DNA from: a virus
Virus record (IMG/VR): IMGVR_UViG_3300017605_000706
Location: 33,433-97,432 of that record
Reading direction: 5' to 3' (one strand)
DNA: 64,000 nt
Shown here: piece by piece, positions 26,446-36,369 of the stretch
Position numbering within the stretch: the first letter of the stretch is position 1
Layout of the letters: every line of letters begins with the position of its first letter
Notes under the pieces: generated by a model
What the model was told of the DNA's origin: nothing
Databases searched by the model: none
Seen by the model: the letters and a program-made list of their open reading frames with translations, nothing else
Program-made: the position numbers and the translations under genes

Positions 26446-26453
26446 TAGCGGGC

Positions 26454-26864
26454 ATGAACGGCAACATCACGGTCGGCGAGACGAACTACTCCACGGGCCA
26501 GCGCGCGGTGACTCTGGTCAATCCAATCGCGCGGGCGTTCGTTGACAACAAGCGTTACGTCCTGTGGTTCGGCGCCTACGGGGAGACGCGCCTCATGGTG
26601 TGGGCGCGTTCGCTCGAGTCGGCGCTCGATGAGTGCGTCGACTGGATCGCCGACAACGCGCCGGGTCTACTGGCCGATGACGGTGTGCATGAGCAGTACA
26701 AGCGCCTCGTGGCTGAGGGCGTGGACGAGGAGAAAGCTCAGGAGGAGGCGACTGTCGACACCACGTGCGCGGGCAACAACGGCCACTACCTCAACTCGTG
26801 GGAGTGGGGCATCGTTGCGGAGAACCCGACGCGGGCCCAGGTTCTCGAAATCTTGGGCCGTTGA
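26454..26864 (+). CDS. hypothetical early/accessory protein
   Basis: First gene of rightward block; promoter motif 8 nt upstream. Confidence 0.7.
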   Translation: MNGNITVGETNYSTGQRAVTLVNPIARAFVDNKRYVLWFGAYGETRLMVWARSLESALDECVDWIADNAPGLLADDGVHEQYKRLVAEGVDEEKAQEEATVDTTCAGNNGHYLNSWEWGIVAENPTRAQVLEILGR

Positions 26865-26888
26865 ATTTTAACTGAACCACCGGAGTCT
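26862..26888 (+). promoter_or_regulatory. TGAAT-N18-GTCT promoter-like motif
   Basis: TGA doubles as upstream stop; 7 nt before ATG 26896. Confidence 0.65.
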
Positions 26889-26895
26889 CAAAGCC

Positions 26896-27393
26896 ATGAC
26901 GAACGCGAACCAAATGTTCTGGCTGTCCACGCGCCCCTACACCTTGGTGGATGCGATCAACCGAGCGGCTGCGGCGACTGGCTCGGTCCGCTATGCGCAA
27001 GCGGCGGCCGGTGCCAACTACAACGGGCATTCGGTGAGCGTGGCCTGGAACGAGTATCGCAAGTACTGGGTGACCGAGTACTACTGGGGCGAGCGCGTGG
27101 TGCTGTACCGGGGGCGCTCACTCGAGCAGGCCCTGCAGGCTGCCAAGCAAGAATACGATCGTGGCGCGCTCGGTGCCCGCTGCACCTTTACTGCGCGAGA
27201 CGAGAATGAGGCTGCGGCCGCGCTCGCGGCAGGCTGGTCGCCAACCTCACGAGAGGCGATTAACGCGCACTACCGCACGTTCTCTGACGATCGGTTCGGT
27301 GAGGTCGGCCATGCGCTCCGAGACAGGACCGACCACCTACTACTGCAAGCAGCTACCGTCGATGAGTATCGGGCACTTTGTCGCTCACGTTGA
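26896..27393 (+). CDS. hypothetical early/accessory protein
   Basis: Preceded by repeated GGAGTCTCAAAGCCATGAC. Confidence 0.7.
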   Translation: MTNANQMFWLSTRPYTLVDAINRAAAATGSVRYAQAAAGANYNGHSVSVAWNEYRKYWVTEYYWGERVVLYRGRSLEQALQAAKQEYDRGALGARCTFTARDENEAAAALAAGWSPTSREAINAHYRTFSDDRFGEVGHALRDRTDHLLLQAATVDEYRALCRSR

Positions 27394-27417
27394 ATTTCAT
27401 CTAGGCAAACGGAGTCT
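27391..27417 (+). promoter_or_regulatory. TGAAT-N18-GTCT promoter-like motif
   Basis: TGA doubles as upstream stop; shares CGGAGTCTCAAAGCCATGAC with the 26862 copy. Confidence 0.65.
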
Positions 27418-27424
27418 CAAAGCC

Positions 27425-27649
27425 ATGACCAAGAAGCAGTTTGCGGCCTTCTGTCGCAGCGACGCAAACTGCGTCACCGCCGTGATCCAGGGTGACGGAT
27501 ATCCCGCTGCGGTACGGCTAGACAGCGACCGCCCCAGCATGCAGCCGGTAAGCGCGTTCGTGGCCATGCGCTACATCGATCGGTGCTGGTCTGAGCGCGT
27601 CGGCGGCTTGCTCGGTTATCGCGAGAATCGGTGGCGGGCCGTTAAATAA
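27425..27649 (+). CDS. hypothetical early/accessory protein
   Basis: ATG 27425 (MTKKQFAA), same upstream repeat. Confidence 0.65.
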   Translation: MTKKQFAAFCRSDANCVTAVIQGDGYPAAVRLDSDRPSMQPVSAFVAMRYIDRCWSERVGGLLGYRENRWRAVK

Positions 27650-27680
27650 CTCATTCATCTGATCCGTCGTAAAGGATATC

Positions 27681-27986
27681 ATGACCAAGCGAAACAGCCT
27701 CGATCTGGAGTCGCGTCTTGACCGTGCGCTGGCCGCGCCAAAGCCTGCTCTAAAGGCGCCGTTTCAGCTCGGCCAGTACGTCGAGTTTGTACCTCTCTCA
27801 AGCTGCGAAGAGCCGTTTCGCTCCGACGACGTCATGGAGGTGGCGGGCCTCTCCAAGAGCGGTCGCGGCAAGAAGATCTCGTGGCGCGTTCGCGTATTTA
27901 CGCTCAACCGCGCTACCGGAGGCGCCTGGGTAAGCGCGGACGTGCTGCAGCCGTACGGCGAGCCGTCGAATAACTCAGCTACTTGA
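27681..27986 (+). CDS. hypothetical protein (SH3-like)
   Basis: AAAGGA RBS; FQLGQYV pattern. Confidence 0.6.
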   Translation: MTKRNSLDLESRLDRALAAPKPALKAPFQLGQYVEFVPLSSCEEPFRSDDVMEVAGLSKSGRGKKISWRVRVFTLNRATGGAWVSADVLQPYGEPSNNSAT

Positions 27987-28278
27987 TCCGTCGGAGATGA
28001 ACATGCGCAAGACTACGAAGGCAACTCTCGAAGACCGCTTGGCGCAGGTTGTGGACCTGAGGGCGCTTCTGGTCCCGATCACTTCGGCTGTTGTCTGCGC
28101 AGAAACGGTCGAAACCCCTGAAGACTTCGACGCCAATCTTGACGCCGTCGAGGACGGGATCAAGGAGCTTCTCGCTGCTCTCAAGGAGATTCGGTCATGA
28201 AAACGCTGCAATATCGACGGTTGCAATGACCCGGCTTACCTCGGAACCTGCCTCGCCCACCGACTCGGAGTTGTTCCC

Positions 28279-28545
28279 ATGCCTTCAACCGACAGCAAGA
28301 ATCGCATGTCACGAGCCGTGGCCAAGCGCATCGCCAAGGAATTCAAGCGTACTACGCGGCGTGACGCGTGGGCTTGGACGACAGCGCACGCGGAGATCGT
28401 TGACGCGCTTGTGATGGATGAGATCCGCGTCGCATGGACGGCCGACAGCGCCGCCGTCTTTACTCCGGCTGAGATCATGGAGTTCCGCTCGATGCTCGTC
28501 GAGGAACTTGCCGCTGCCGGGTACCCGATGGAGGAAGCCAAGTGA
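28279..28545 (+). CDS. hypothetical protein
   Basis: GGAG upstream; GTGA overlap with next gene. Confidence 0.6.
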   Translation: MPSTDSKNRMSRAVAKRIAKEFKRTTRRDAWAWTTAHAEIVDALVMDEIRVAWTADSAAVFTPAEIMEFRSMLVEELAAAGYPMEEAK

Positions 28546-29060
28546 CCGCCCGCATCGAAGTGGATCACTCCGAGGACTGCCCCACGCGCATCCGGGGCGG
28601 TCGATGCACCTGCGAAGTCCAGGTGAGCGCACGCAACGTGACCGAACCGGTGAAGGCCCGCATCACCACCCGAGCCGGCCGCAAGATCCGCCACGTCGCG
28701 CCGGGTCACGTGGTGGACGTGGCGACGGGCCAAGGATTGTGGCGCTACAACGCGCCCGGGTTCATGCCGCGAGCCGTATGGATGGGGATGGAGCCCGGCA
28801 GCGGCGCGTGGCTGGACTGGTGGGTCGCGAGGCGCCCCGAGCGAGAGGACCGCGCACCTAAGCAATTCACGCTCGGCCGGATGGTTCCACTTCTCGTCCG
28901 CGTGATGCTGGCGATCGGGGGCTGGGGTATCGAGGAGCGCAACCGTCTCGCGGATTCGATCATCGAGGAACTTGCCTTGGAAGAACAACTCGTGCGCGGG
29001 GCCTGCGGCGTAGTCTCCGGGCTTATCGAGGCGTGGCAGGCGATCGGGGGATGGTCGTGA
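28542..29060 (+). CDS. hypothetical protein
   Basis: GGAGG upstream; HSEDC...CTC motif. Confidence 0.55.
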   Translation: MTARIEVDHSEDCPTRIRGGRCTCEVQVSARNVTEPVKARITTRAGRKIRHVAPGHVVDVATGQGLWRYNAPGFMPRAVWMGMEPGSGAWLDWWVARRPEREDRAPKQFTLGRMVPLLVRVMLAIGGWGIEERNRLADSIIEELALEEQLVRGACGVVSGLIEAWQAIGGWS

Positions 29061-29257
29061 GCCGTTACAATCGCAAGACAACGCCGGTGGCTACTCTTCG
29101 CGACGACGAGATCTCGCAGGAGATCGCGCTCCGAAAGTCCGACGCCAACCTGAACGAGAAGCACGTCACCGTGACCAGCTATACGTGGCCTAGCACGCCT
29201 GCGATCACTGGTCGCCGCACGGCTCCGCTTCCGCCCAACTGGGTCGTACCGAAGGTT

Positions 29258-29284
29258 TGAATAGCCTAGCACAGCTAAAGGTCA
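29258..29284 (+). promoter_or_regulatory. TGAAT-N18-GTCA promoter-like motif
   Basis: TGA doubles as upstream stop; 7 nt before ATG 29292. Confidence 0.6.
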
Positions 29285-30003
29285 AATTGCCATGTCAAAG
29301 ATCAAGCTTGTCCCGCCTACGAACACTCACAGCATGTTCACGATCATCACGTACGACGCCGTTGGCGTGACTCACACAGTTCTTCATGTCGCGCCCTGGA
29401 AGTTGACGGCTGTAGGCGCGCAAGGCGAAGTGGTCACGCTGCGCGACGTGGGAGGCCCCCTTGCGACGATCCCATGTACTGACAGCGAAGAGGCCCAGAA
29501 CCTCTCACGGGACATCGCAGACCTCATGGAAGAGACTGAGCGCTAGCCATGCCCAAGACCACCCCTACGTATCGAGTCACTGTTTCAGTGTGCGTGCCGG
29601 TCTCCCTCACGCTGACGATTCAGCGTGATGAGCACGATCCCGATATTGCCCAGATTATCGCCGTTGACGGTCCTATGTACGCTCCGTCTCTGACAACTGT
29701 GCGTGAGTGCCTCGACGAAGAGACGCTCACGTATATCGACAAGCAGCTCGCTGCGCTGGCGCTTGAGGACGCGCGCTAGCGTCATGCCCCGCGCAGAGCT
29801 TACCCCAGCGCAGCAGGCACTGTATGATTCTATCCAGAGTAGCGGTGAATCAATCATCCCCAATCGCGGGCAGACTCGAGAGTCGTCACGCGCGCGGTCC
29901 GCGTGGATTCGGACGGCGAAGAGCCTTCGCAAGAAGAATCTGATCGCGCTGCAGCAAGTTGGTGTTGATACCTGGAAAGCCTCTAGGCTATGAAGCAAAC
30001 TGG

Positions 30004-30429
30004 ATGATCTACGCGCTAAGATCGGGGTCGGCGCGCCCTCCAGCGCGTGTAACACGTTGGCCAGGGATCGCGTTTCCTATCCCATTCCAAGAATGGCGAG
30101 GCCGCATATACCGCGGCCTCTTTTTCGGTGTGCACGGAGTGAAGGAAGGCTCACCTATTTGGTCCGGCGTGGTGCGCGCGCGGACCTGCGACTACGTTGA
30201 CTACAAGTCGACTATGATCGCCTCTAACGCAAACTCGCTGCGTCACTTCATCGCGACCGGAGAGCTTCCTCCGCGCGTCGAGGACGCGTTTGGGTGCTGG
30301 CTGCACGAGCGGTTAGCTCAAGGTACACGCAGCCTTGATATGATTCCTCTCGAGATTCACGCTATCGCTGACCCTGCTGCGTATCAAGCTGCGATCAGAG
30401 CTTACCAGAGCGCGTCAGCGCCCTTCTGA
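30004..30429 (+). CDS. PWEIH-motif family member 4
   Basis: WRG/YRG; LDMIPLEIHAIADPAAYQAAIRAY. Confidence 0.7.
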   Translation: MIYALRSGSARPPARVTRWPGIAFPIPFQEWRGRIYRGLFFGVHGVKEGSPIWSGVVRARTCDYVDYKSTMIASNANSLRHFIATGELPPRVEDAFGCWLHERLAQGTRSLDMIPLEIHAIADPAAYQAAIRAYQSASAPF

Positions 30430-30452
30430 ATAAGCCAGGCGCTGGTTCGTCT
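30427..30452 (+). promoter_or_regulatory. TGAAT-N17-GTCT promoter-like motif
   Basis: TGA doubles as stop of family member 4; 7 nt before ATG 30460 (54-aa ORF). Confidence 0.65.
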
Positions 30453-30627
30453 CAGAGACATGACGATCCTAGCCCATCTTACCAAGCCGGACCTGTTGAT
30501 CTTGATTGACGCGCTCACGCAGTACACCAAGGCACCTGTCAAGCCCGAGCCTGAAAATGATCTTGTGAAGCACGCCGAGTCACTTCTTGCGCTCGTCCAA
30601 GCTTCCGTTGCAGGGGCTACTTAACTC

Positions 30628-31041
30628 ATGAAACTGCACTCGTTGCTCATAGATCGAAGCGTTCACGACAACTACCTCTGCGTGACTACGCCGTTGGCGC
30701 TCAACGCTACACGCATCCAAGACGATGGACTTGCGTGGGTGTTTAGGGGGCTCTGGTGCGGCATGATGATACGCAAGAACGCTCTTTGGATCTGCACTCC
30801 GAATCTTGAACGGTGGTTTAGCGGAGAGAGCGCGTGGGTGCTTCACGCTTCATCTTCAATCCGCGACGCGCTGCCCGGCGACGTGCCTAAAATGTTCCCT
30901 CGTGTCGTGGTCACAGAAGCGTTGCAGCACGTCGACGCCACAACTGACGGCGTTGACGGTATCCCATTCGCCATCCACAAAATTCAGGACCGCAACGCGC
31001 GCAGGGTAGCAATGCGCGCGTTCCAAGAGTCACGCCCGTGA
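30628..31041 (+). CDS. PWEIH-motif family member 5
   Basis: GLAWVFRG; VDGIPFAIHKIQDRNARRVAMRAF. Confidence 0.72.
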   Translation: MKLHSLLIDRSVHDNYLCVTTPLALNATRIQDDGLAWVFRGLWCGMMIRKNALWICTPNLERWFSGESAWVLHASSSIRDALPGDVPKMFPRVVVTEALQHVDATTDGVDGIPFAIHKIQDRNARRVAMRAFQESRP

Positions 31042-31514
31042 CGATGCTCCCAAGGCTGTACTACGTACGAGGCGGAGGATCCAAGGCGCCTTTACTGGAT
31101 CTGCAGAAGACGCCTAACCCAAAGATGTGGGATCGCCCTCTCGAGCATATCAAGAGATCCGGCGTTGCGTGGGCGTACCGAGGCGTTCACGTAGGCGTAG
31201 TTCGAACAGGTGCCGAGACTATCAAACACCTACGAGGGACGTGGCAAATGCAGTCTCGATGGGTTTGGGCGTTCTGGATCAGCCACACGTTTGAAGTCGT
31301 CCGGGACATACACGATACGCAATCGTTACTGAGCGACATCTATCCGTCGACGTCGGCCGTGATCGACCGCGACCTTCAGCGCTACTTGGATAGATTCATG
31401 GCTGACCGTCCTGAGCTGAAGTCTGTTGACGTCACACCGTTGTACATTCATGCCATCGAAGACCCGACCGCCCGACAAGCTGCCACCCAAGCCTACCTGG
31501 AGTCCATCATATGA
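31038..31514 (+). CDS. PWEIH-motif family member 6
   Basis: GVAWAYRG; VDVTPLYIHAIEDPTARQAATQAY. Confidence 0.72.
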   Translation: MTMLPRLYYVRGGGSKAPLLDLQKTPNPKMWDRPLEHIKRSGVAWAYRGVHVGVVRTGAETIKHLRGTWQMQSRWVWAFWISHTFEVVRDIHDTQSLLSDIYPSTSAVIDRDLQRYLDRFMADRPELKSVDVTPLYIHAIEDPTARQAATQAYLESII

Positions 31515-31849
31515 ACGAAAAGACGGAAAAGTTTGTTGCGTACTTGCAGACAGCCCTGACGAACGCGCAAGGTAGAATCAGCGAGTTCAAGGCGCTTCTC
31601 GAGAAGGATCATCACGGCGCTGCACAGAGATCCGGCGCACTGATTGACGCAGCTGCGACAGTCGATATCTACGAAGACGTGCTCAAGGCGCTGACTTCGC
31701 CAGACTCCAAAGCTACGTTTGAGTCGATACGAGAGTACGCGACAGAGCGCGTGGTCCTGAGCGCTCGTAACTGGCCTTCGTCGCCCTATGAGAGAAAGAT
31801 CGCTGAGACTTGGGCATTCCTAGTCGACACCATGAAACTGCGTTTCTAG
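31511..31849 (+). CDS. hypothetical helical protein
   Basis: ATGA overlap; GGAG upstream. Confidence 0.6.
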   Translation: MNEKTEKFVAYLQTALTNAQGRISEFKALLEKDHHGAAQRSGALIDAAATVDIYEDVLKALTSPDSKATFESIREYATERVVLSARNWPSSPYERKIAETWAFLVDTMKLRF

Positions 31850-32358
31850 CCAGCATCGGCACCGGTGGAAGTCGCGTATCTATTATCGAACCTGTTTCAG
31901 TAGACCGTACCCGAAATGCACTCCAAACCATCGACAAGTTGACTGTCGTGGGCGGGATTGCGTCAGGGCTGGCTTGGACCTACCGAGGATTTTGGGTCGT
32001 GATTATGCCGATACGCGATCGGGGCGCTGTGTACACAATCGGCTCTCACGATCTAGCGCCCGATGCGATCCTGGTAACAGCGTCCAATTACCTATGGCCC
32101 GAAGTCGGGCATCAATGGCCTGTGGTCGATTTGGAGGAGTCGCTGGCGTCTATGGACCGCTGGGTAAAGGTATTCAACCATACACTCTCTGAGATCTTTC
32201 CAAAGCCCCCGAGTTTACTCAGGAACGCAATTTTCGACTACGTGAAGCGCACTCCCCATAAGCTAGGAGTTGACAAAATCCCTAACGTACTCCACTCTAT
32301 AGAGGACGATATCGCGTGGAAGGCTGCTTCGGATGAGTACCGCAGGTCCCAGCTGTGA
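31810..32358 (+). CDS. PWEIH-motif family member 7 (start uncertain)
   Basis: GLAWTYRG; VDKIPNVLHSIEDDIAWKAASDEY. Confidence 0.7.
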   Translation: MGIPSRHHETAFLASIGTGGSRVSIIEPVSVDRTRNALQTIDKLTVVGGIASGLAWTYRGFWVVIMPIRDRGAVYTIGSHDLAPDAILVTASNYLWPEVGHQWPVVDLEESLASMDRWVKVFNHTLSEIFPKPPSLLRNAIFDYVKRTPHKLGVDKIPNVLHSIEDDIAWKAASDEYRRSQL

Positions 32359-32821
32359 CGCGGTCCTACCTGAAACGTATCAGATTGACCTCAGAAGGCA
32401 CGGCAGGAAAATTATAAGTGTCAAGCAGGGTGCGGCCGTCAGCCGTTCAAGGCCAATTGATCAGTTTAAGCACGGCGTTACTTGGCGTTGGCGCGGTGTA
32501 TGGGTTTTTGTGATGAACGTTTCGTGGTACGAAGAAACCCCTTATCGATGGGTTTGGGATTGGGGCCGATGCGACGAGTTTTCATATGAAACTCTTCAGC
32601 TTGTCTACCTCCACGGCTTTCGCGACGCGAAGCTACTGACCGACTTACAGGCGATCGAACCTGCCGTCAGAGTTGAGACGTACCTCCAATCTTGGAGTGA
32701 CGGGGACCATCTCGGAGTCGATGGCGTGCCATTTAAGCTGCACGCCATTCAAGATCCTACCGCACGCGATCACGCAGTACAGGCATATCGCAATGAACAA
32801 GCAAGACTTCACGTATACTAG
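32333..32821 (+). CDS. PWEIH-motif family member 8
   Basis: GVTWRWRG; VDGVPFKLHAIQDPTARDHAVQAY. Confidence 0.72.
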   Translation: MSTAGPSCDAVLPETYQIDLRRHGRKIISVKQGAAVSRSRPIDQFKHGVTWRWRGVWVFVMNVSWYEETPYRWVWDWGRCDEFSYETLQLVYLHGFRDAKLLTDLQAIEPAVRVETYLQSWSDGDHLGVDGVPFKLHAIQDPTARDHAVQAYRNEQARLHVY

Positions 32822-33030
32822 TAATCGCCGTTCTCGTCGTGACATCACTGGAGTTGATGGCGCCGTCGCGAACGTCAAATTGTTCCCTGAAGGGGTTCGT
32901 CTCACGGTCGTACAACAGGATGGCCATCACGCGCACGTCGATCTCGATCTTGACGGTCTCGAACGCTTGCTGCAAAAGCTCGACTACATGGCTGACGTCC
33001 TTGATGGGACGGAGGACCCGCCTGAGCCTG

Positions 33031-33056
33031 TGAATGTCGAGGAGCGGCGTGCGTCC
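33031..33056 (+). promoter_or_regulatory. TGAAT-N17-GTCC promoter-like motif
   Basis: 8 nt before GTG 33065. Confidence 0.6.
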
Positions 33057-33064
33057 TATGGCTC

Positions 33065-33493
33065 GTGACTGATTTCTACGTCCTGCGACGGGCCTACCAG
33101 GACAGCTACGTGATAGTAGGCCCGTTGGAGAGGCTTTGGTGGCGGTGTCATCAAGGTCTCACGTGGATTGATCGCGGAATCTGGGTCGGGGTTCGTCAAG
33201 CGCCCCTGGCAACAGGGTGGCGTTGGCTATGGTTCACGACGTCTGCGATTAGCGCGCTCACTGTCGAGCGCGGCCAGAGCAGGGCGCCTTACTGTCGTGA
33301 TGACGTATTGGCGGCTCCTGCGAAGGATCTGCCCGACTTAGCGCCGAAGATTGTCCGCGAGTGGGTGGAGATCTGGGTAACAGGAACCCACGCGCGTGAA
33401 GGCGCCGACGGCGTACCTATGGCGCTTCACAGGATCGAAGACCCGATCGCGCGCCAGCACGCTGTAAAAGCGTACCTGGATAACCGTATATGA
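33065..33493 (+). CDS. PWEIH-motif family member 9
   Basis: GLTWIDRG; ADGVPMALHRIEDPIARQHAVKAY. Confidence 0.72.
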   Translation: MTDFYVLRRAYQDSYVIVGPLERLWWRCHQGLTWIDRGIWVGVRQAPLATGWRWLWFTTSAISALTVERGQSRAPYCRDDVLAAPAKDLPDLAPKIVREWVEIWVTGTHAREGADGVPMALHRIEDPIARQHAVKAYLDNRI

Positions 33494-33762
33494 AAAAGCT
33501 GATCGCGATCGAACTGCTGTTTGCATCTCTGGTCGGGCTCGCCGTCTACTGGGGTTGGATCAACACGTCGGACACGGCAGACATCCCGCTCATGCGCCTC
33601 TGCGCAGGGCTCACCCTACTCTTCGCAGTCGCCTACGGCGTGCTATCGTTCACGACATGGCACGAGAACCGTTCAAGTGGCACGAGATCCTCATCGGATT
33701 CGTAGCTGTCCCATGGTCGTTGGTATACATAGGCCTGCGCCCTCTTTTCAAGGCGCGACGGC

Positions 33763-33788
33763 TGAATAACCCGCGCTCGCGCCCGTCC
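33763..33788 (+). promoter_or_regulatory. TGAAT-N17-GTCC promoter-like motif
   Basis: 8 nt before ATG 33797. Confidence 0.6.
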
Positions 33789-33796
33789 TAGCCTGC

Positions 33797-34120
33797 ATGC
33801 CAATCATCTTTGTTCAAAACTGGGAAGAGAGCGAGCGCGGCTGGGGAATCCGTCCCGATGGGTTTACGGCGCACCCAAATCGGGGTCACCGCGACGCGTA
33901 CGTGAAGTGGTACTACGCCAAGTTCAACAACGCGACGAGTGCTCCTGACGAGTACACGCGCGTCGCTGGCGAGCCGATCCCCGTGCAGGTCGACATCAAG
34001 ATCTACACGCAGCTGGTCGCCAAGTGCAGCGATTCTGAGAGTGCCGTCTGGGGCCAGAGCCGTTGGTTCGACCCCACGAAAGAGCTGACGTTTGAGATGC
34101 TGTTCAAGGCCGACGCGTGA
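33797..34120 (+). CDS. hypothetical phage protein
   Basis: WEESERGWGIRPDG...PDEYTR motif; promoter motif upstream. Confidence 0.7.
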   Translation: MPIIFVQNWEESERGWGIRPDGFTAHPNRGHRDAYVKWYYAKFNNATSAPDEYTRVAGEPIPVQVDIKIYTQLVAKCSDSESAVWGQSRWFDPTKELTFEMLFKADA

Positions 34121-34515
34121 AGACGCGAAGTCAATTCGTAACCGCGCGGTGTTGCCAAGTCGGTGAGAGCTTCATCCGGCTCAGCTACGGGCATCGGCTT
34201 TACGAATTCGATGGGCAGCTTGACGCGTACATGACAATGGTCGAGACCGAACCGCCTGTATGGCGCATGTCCGCTAGATCTGTAAACTGCAATTCCTTTG
34301 GAGCTTCTAGAGTTCCCGAAGAATTCGCTGTTACAACGTGCCCCTCTTGCGGCAAGCCGCTTCCGGCGGTTAGACGGCGCGCGGCAGCGCGCACGCCAAA
34401 GAAGATCACGGTGATCGTCGACGGTGGTTACTACTGCTACGCGTGCGGCGAGCGCTTGATGGGCTGCAAGTGTGCTTCGCCGGAACGCCTCTGGGAGATC
34501 GCACCGAAGCTATGA
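34117..34515 (+). CDS. zinc-binding protein
   Basis: CC, CPSCG, CYACG...CKC..PE. Confidence 0.6.
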   Translation: MKTRSQFVTARCCQVGESFIRLSYGHRLYEFDGQLDAYMTMVETEPPVWRMSARSVNCNSFGASRVPEEFAVTTCPSCGKPLPAVRRRAAARTPKKITVIVDGGYYCYACGERLMGCKCASPERLWEIAPKL

Positions 34516-35057
34516 GCACGAAGATCTACACAGCCTATCGAACGAAGCCCGGTATTGACCTGTGGGCGCTCGTGCGTGAACTCAGGCTGGAAGCTGAGAA
34601 GCGCGCCAAAGCGGCGCTGTGGACGCTGTACCCGACACTGGATGAACGTCCTGGCGCAGCATTTCACAAGATGCGTTGCGAATACGAAAAGCAGCTCACA
34701 CAGGCGACTCGCAACGAGTGGGATCTCAGCGTATCGATCGCGATCTGGAGGTCGGGTAGTCGCTATCTCCTGATCCCGTTCGCAGGTTCTGGGCATCTGG
34801 CGCACGCGCTCGATTTCATGAAAAAGCGTACGGATCTCGAGGACTACAGCTACTGGAACAGCTCAGACCGCCCTGCGGACGTCACCGCACAAGCGTGGGA
34901 AGCGCGTAAGCGCGCCTGGAATCGCATTCTTGACGCGGACAGCGGCTGGGATGATCACCTGTCGCTTAGCATCGTGAGCTATGACGGATTTCATCGCGTC
35001 AATCCCATGTACGCGCCAGAATATCAAGCTCGTCTTAGGAGGTTTACAAATGAGTAA
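34512..35057 (+). CDS. hypothetical phage protein
   Basis: MSTKIY start via ATGA overlap; DYSYWNSSDRP.DV...W..R...W motif. Confidence 0.65.
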   Translation: MSTKIYTAYRTKPGIDLWALVRELRLEAEKRAKAALWTLYPTLDERPGAAFHKMRCEYEKQLTQATRNEWDLSVSIAIWRSGSRYLLIPFAGSGHLAHALDFMKKRTDLEDYSYWNSSDRPADVTAQAWEARKRAWNRILDADSGWDDHLSLSIVSYDGFHRVNPMYAPEYQARLRRFTNE

Positions 35058-35716
35058 GTTCATGGACGCGATTCGCGCAGGGCAGGCCGTGCTAGAAGAG
35101 GCTGAGGCCAGGGCACGTGAAGAGTCCGCGCGCCGCGCGGCGGATCTCGATAAGCGCAAGCACGCGCACCTCGTCAAAGCACGCGAATGGGTTGCTAGCG
35201 AGCTACCTGCGTTGATCACTGACGCAACGATTGCCAAGCAGCCCAACGTGAGTTTGCAGGGCAGGGGCCTCTGGCCTGAAATCCTCGCACAAGCTTGCCG
35301 CGAAGAGCCTGAGCTGGCTGTCCACGAAGAGTATGTTCAGGCGTTCCGCGATCCTGACGGCGGGTACTCGCACGATGGCTACTACGCCTACTACGTCACG
35401 GTGCGATTGTCGTGAGGCGCCGTAAGTCCGTTTGGGCGCGGCGATCGCCACGCGAAACGCTACGTGACGAGCTGATTCTAGCCGACCTGATCGCGCTAGG
35501 CCCCTGGTCGGCGGGGCTTCTCGTCGATACGCCAGAGCTGCTCTTTGAGGGCATGGTCCACGCCTGTCGTCGGTTCAACGGCAAGTGCAACCTACTCCGC
35601 ACGGTCATTGACGCGTTCGAGATCTGGCAGGGGTACGCCGATCAAACGACAGACAGCCTTCTGATGACAACACGATCCCGGTCCAACTACGCTATCGGGC
35701 AAGCGTTTCGCAATGC

Positions 35717-36043
35717 ATGACCGAGATCGAGCACATGATCTCGCGCGTCGTTGTCTGTGAACAGACCGGCGCTAGATCACTTTCGTGGCGCGGATGCTAT
35801 TTTGACGGCGCCAAACAGGTTGCGTACATGCACATTGGCGCACTCCACTCGGGCTCTTTAGCAGCTATCACTGCGTCCAGTCCCGACGGGATGACCCTCG
35901 AGCAATGGGCGAGCGCGTGTCTGTCCCTGATGAGCATGTTCCCCGTCCTGGTCGCAACCGCCGAGCCCTTTGAGCTGCACACGATCGGAGATCCCGACGC
36001 GTACGTGATAGCCCTTGACGCCTACGAAGCCAACAAGCTGTGA
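35717..36043 (+). CDS. PWEIH-motif family member 10
   Basis: MTEIE; SWRG; EPFELHTIGDPDAYVIALDAY. Confidence 0.7.
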   Translation: MTEIEHMISRVVVCEQTGARSLSWRGCYFDGAKQVAYMHIGALHSGSLAAITASSPDGMTLEQWASACLSLMSMFPVLVATAEPFELHTIGDPDAYVIALDAYEANKL

Positions 36044-36351
36044 TCAACGTCGTCTGGCGCGGCATGATTTGGCGGTTCGATACCGTGGCCATGATCGACG
36101 TCCCGTCTGGCGTCCTTTCGTGGTTTCACCGCGATTGGGCTGTCACGCCAAGCAGTATGCGACGTTGCCCGCCGCGATGCTGGCGCACGCCCTCAATTCG
36201 TGAATTTCACGAGTATTTTACAGACTGCAGCCTGGCTAGCCCGCGGACGCACTGGGGCTCCGTGGATGGAATTCCCTGGGAAATCCACAGTATAGACGAT
36301 GACGCGGCGCGTCTTATAGCGGCGCGGTCCTTTTTGAATAGCCGGCCGTGA
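36040..36351 (+). CDS. PWEIH-motif family member 11
   Basis: VWRG; VDGIPWEIHSIDDDAARLIAARSF. Confidence 0.75.
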   Translation: MINVVWRGMIWRFDTVAMIDVPSGVLSWFHRDWAVTPSSMRRCPPRCWRTPSIREFHEYFTDCSLASPRTHWGSVDGIPWEIHSIDDDAARLIAARSFLNSRP

Positions 36352-36360
36352 GTGGCGTCT
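36335..36360 (+). promoter_or_regulatory. TGAAT-N17-GTCT promoter-like motif
   Basis: 9 nt before ATG 36370. Confidence 0.6.
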
Positions 36361-36369
36361 TAAGGACTC

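Noticed and set aside
25509-26448. Plus-strand ORFs 25509-26330 and 26113-26448, and similar antisense ORFs (28236-29081, 36499-37338, 47616-48383)
   Set aside because: They overlap better-supported genes on the other strand that have promoter motifs, RBS or coupled starts.
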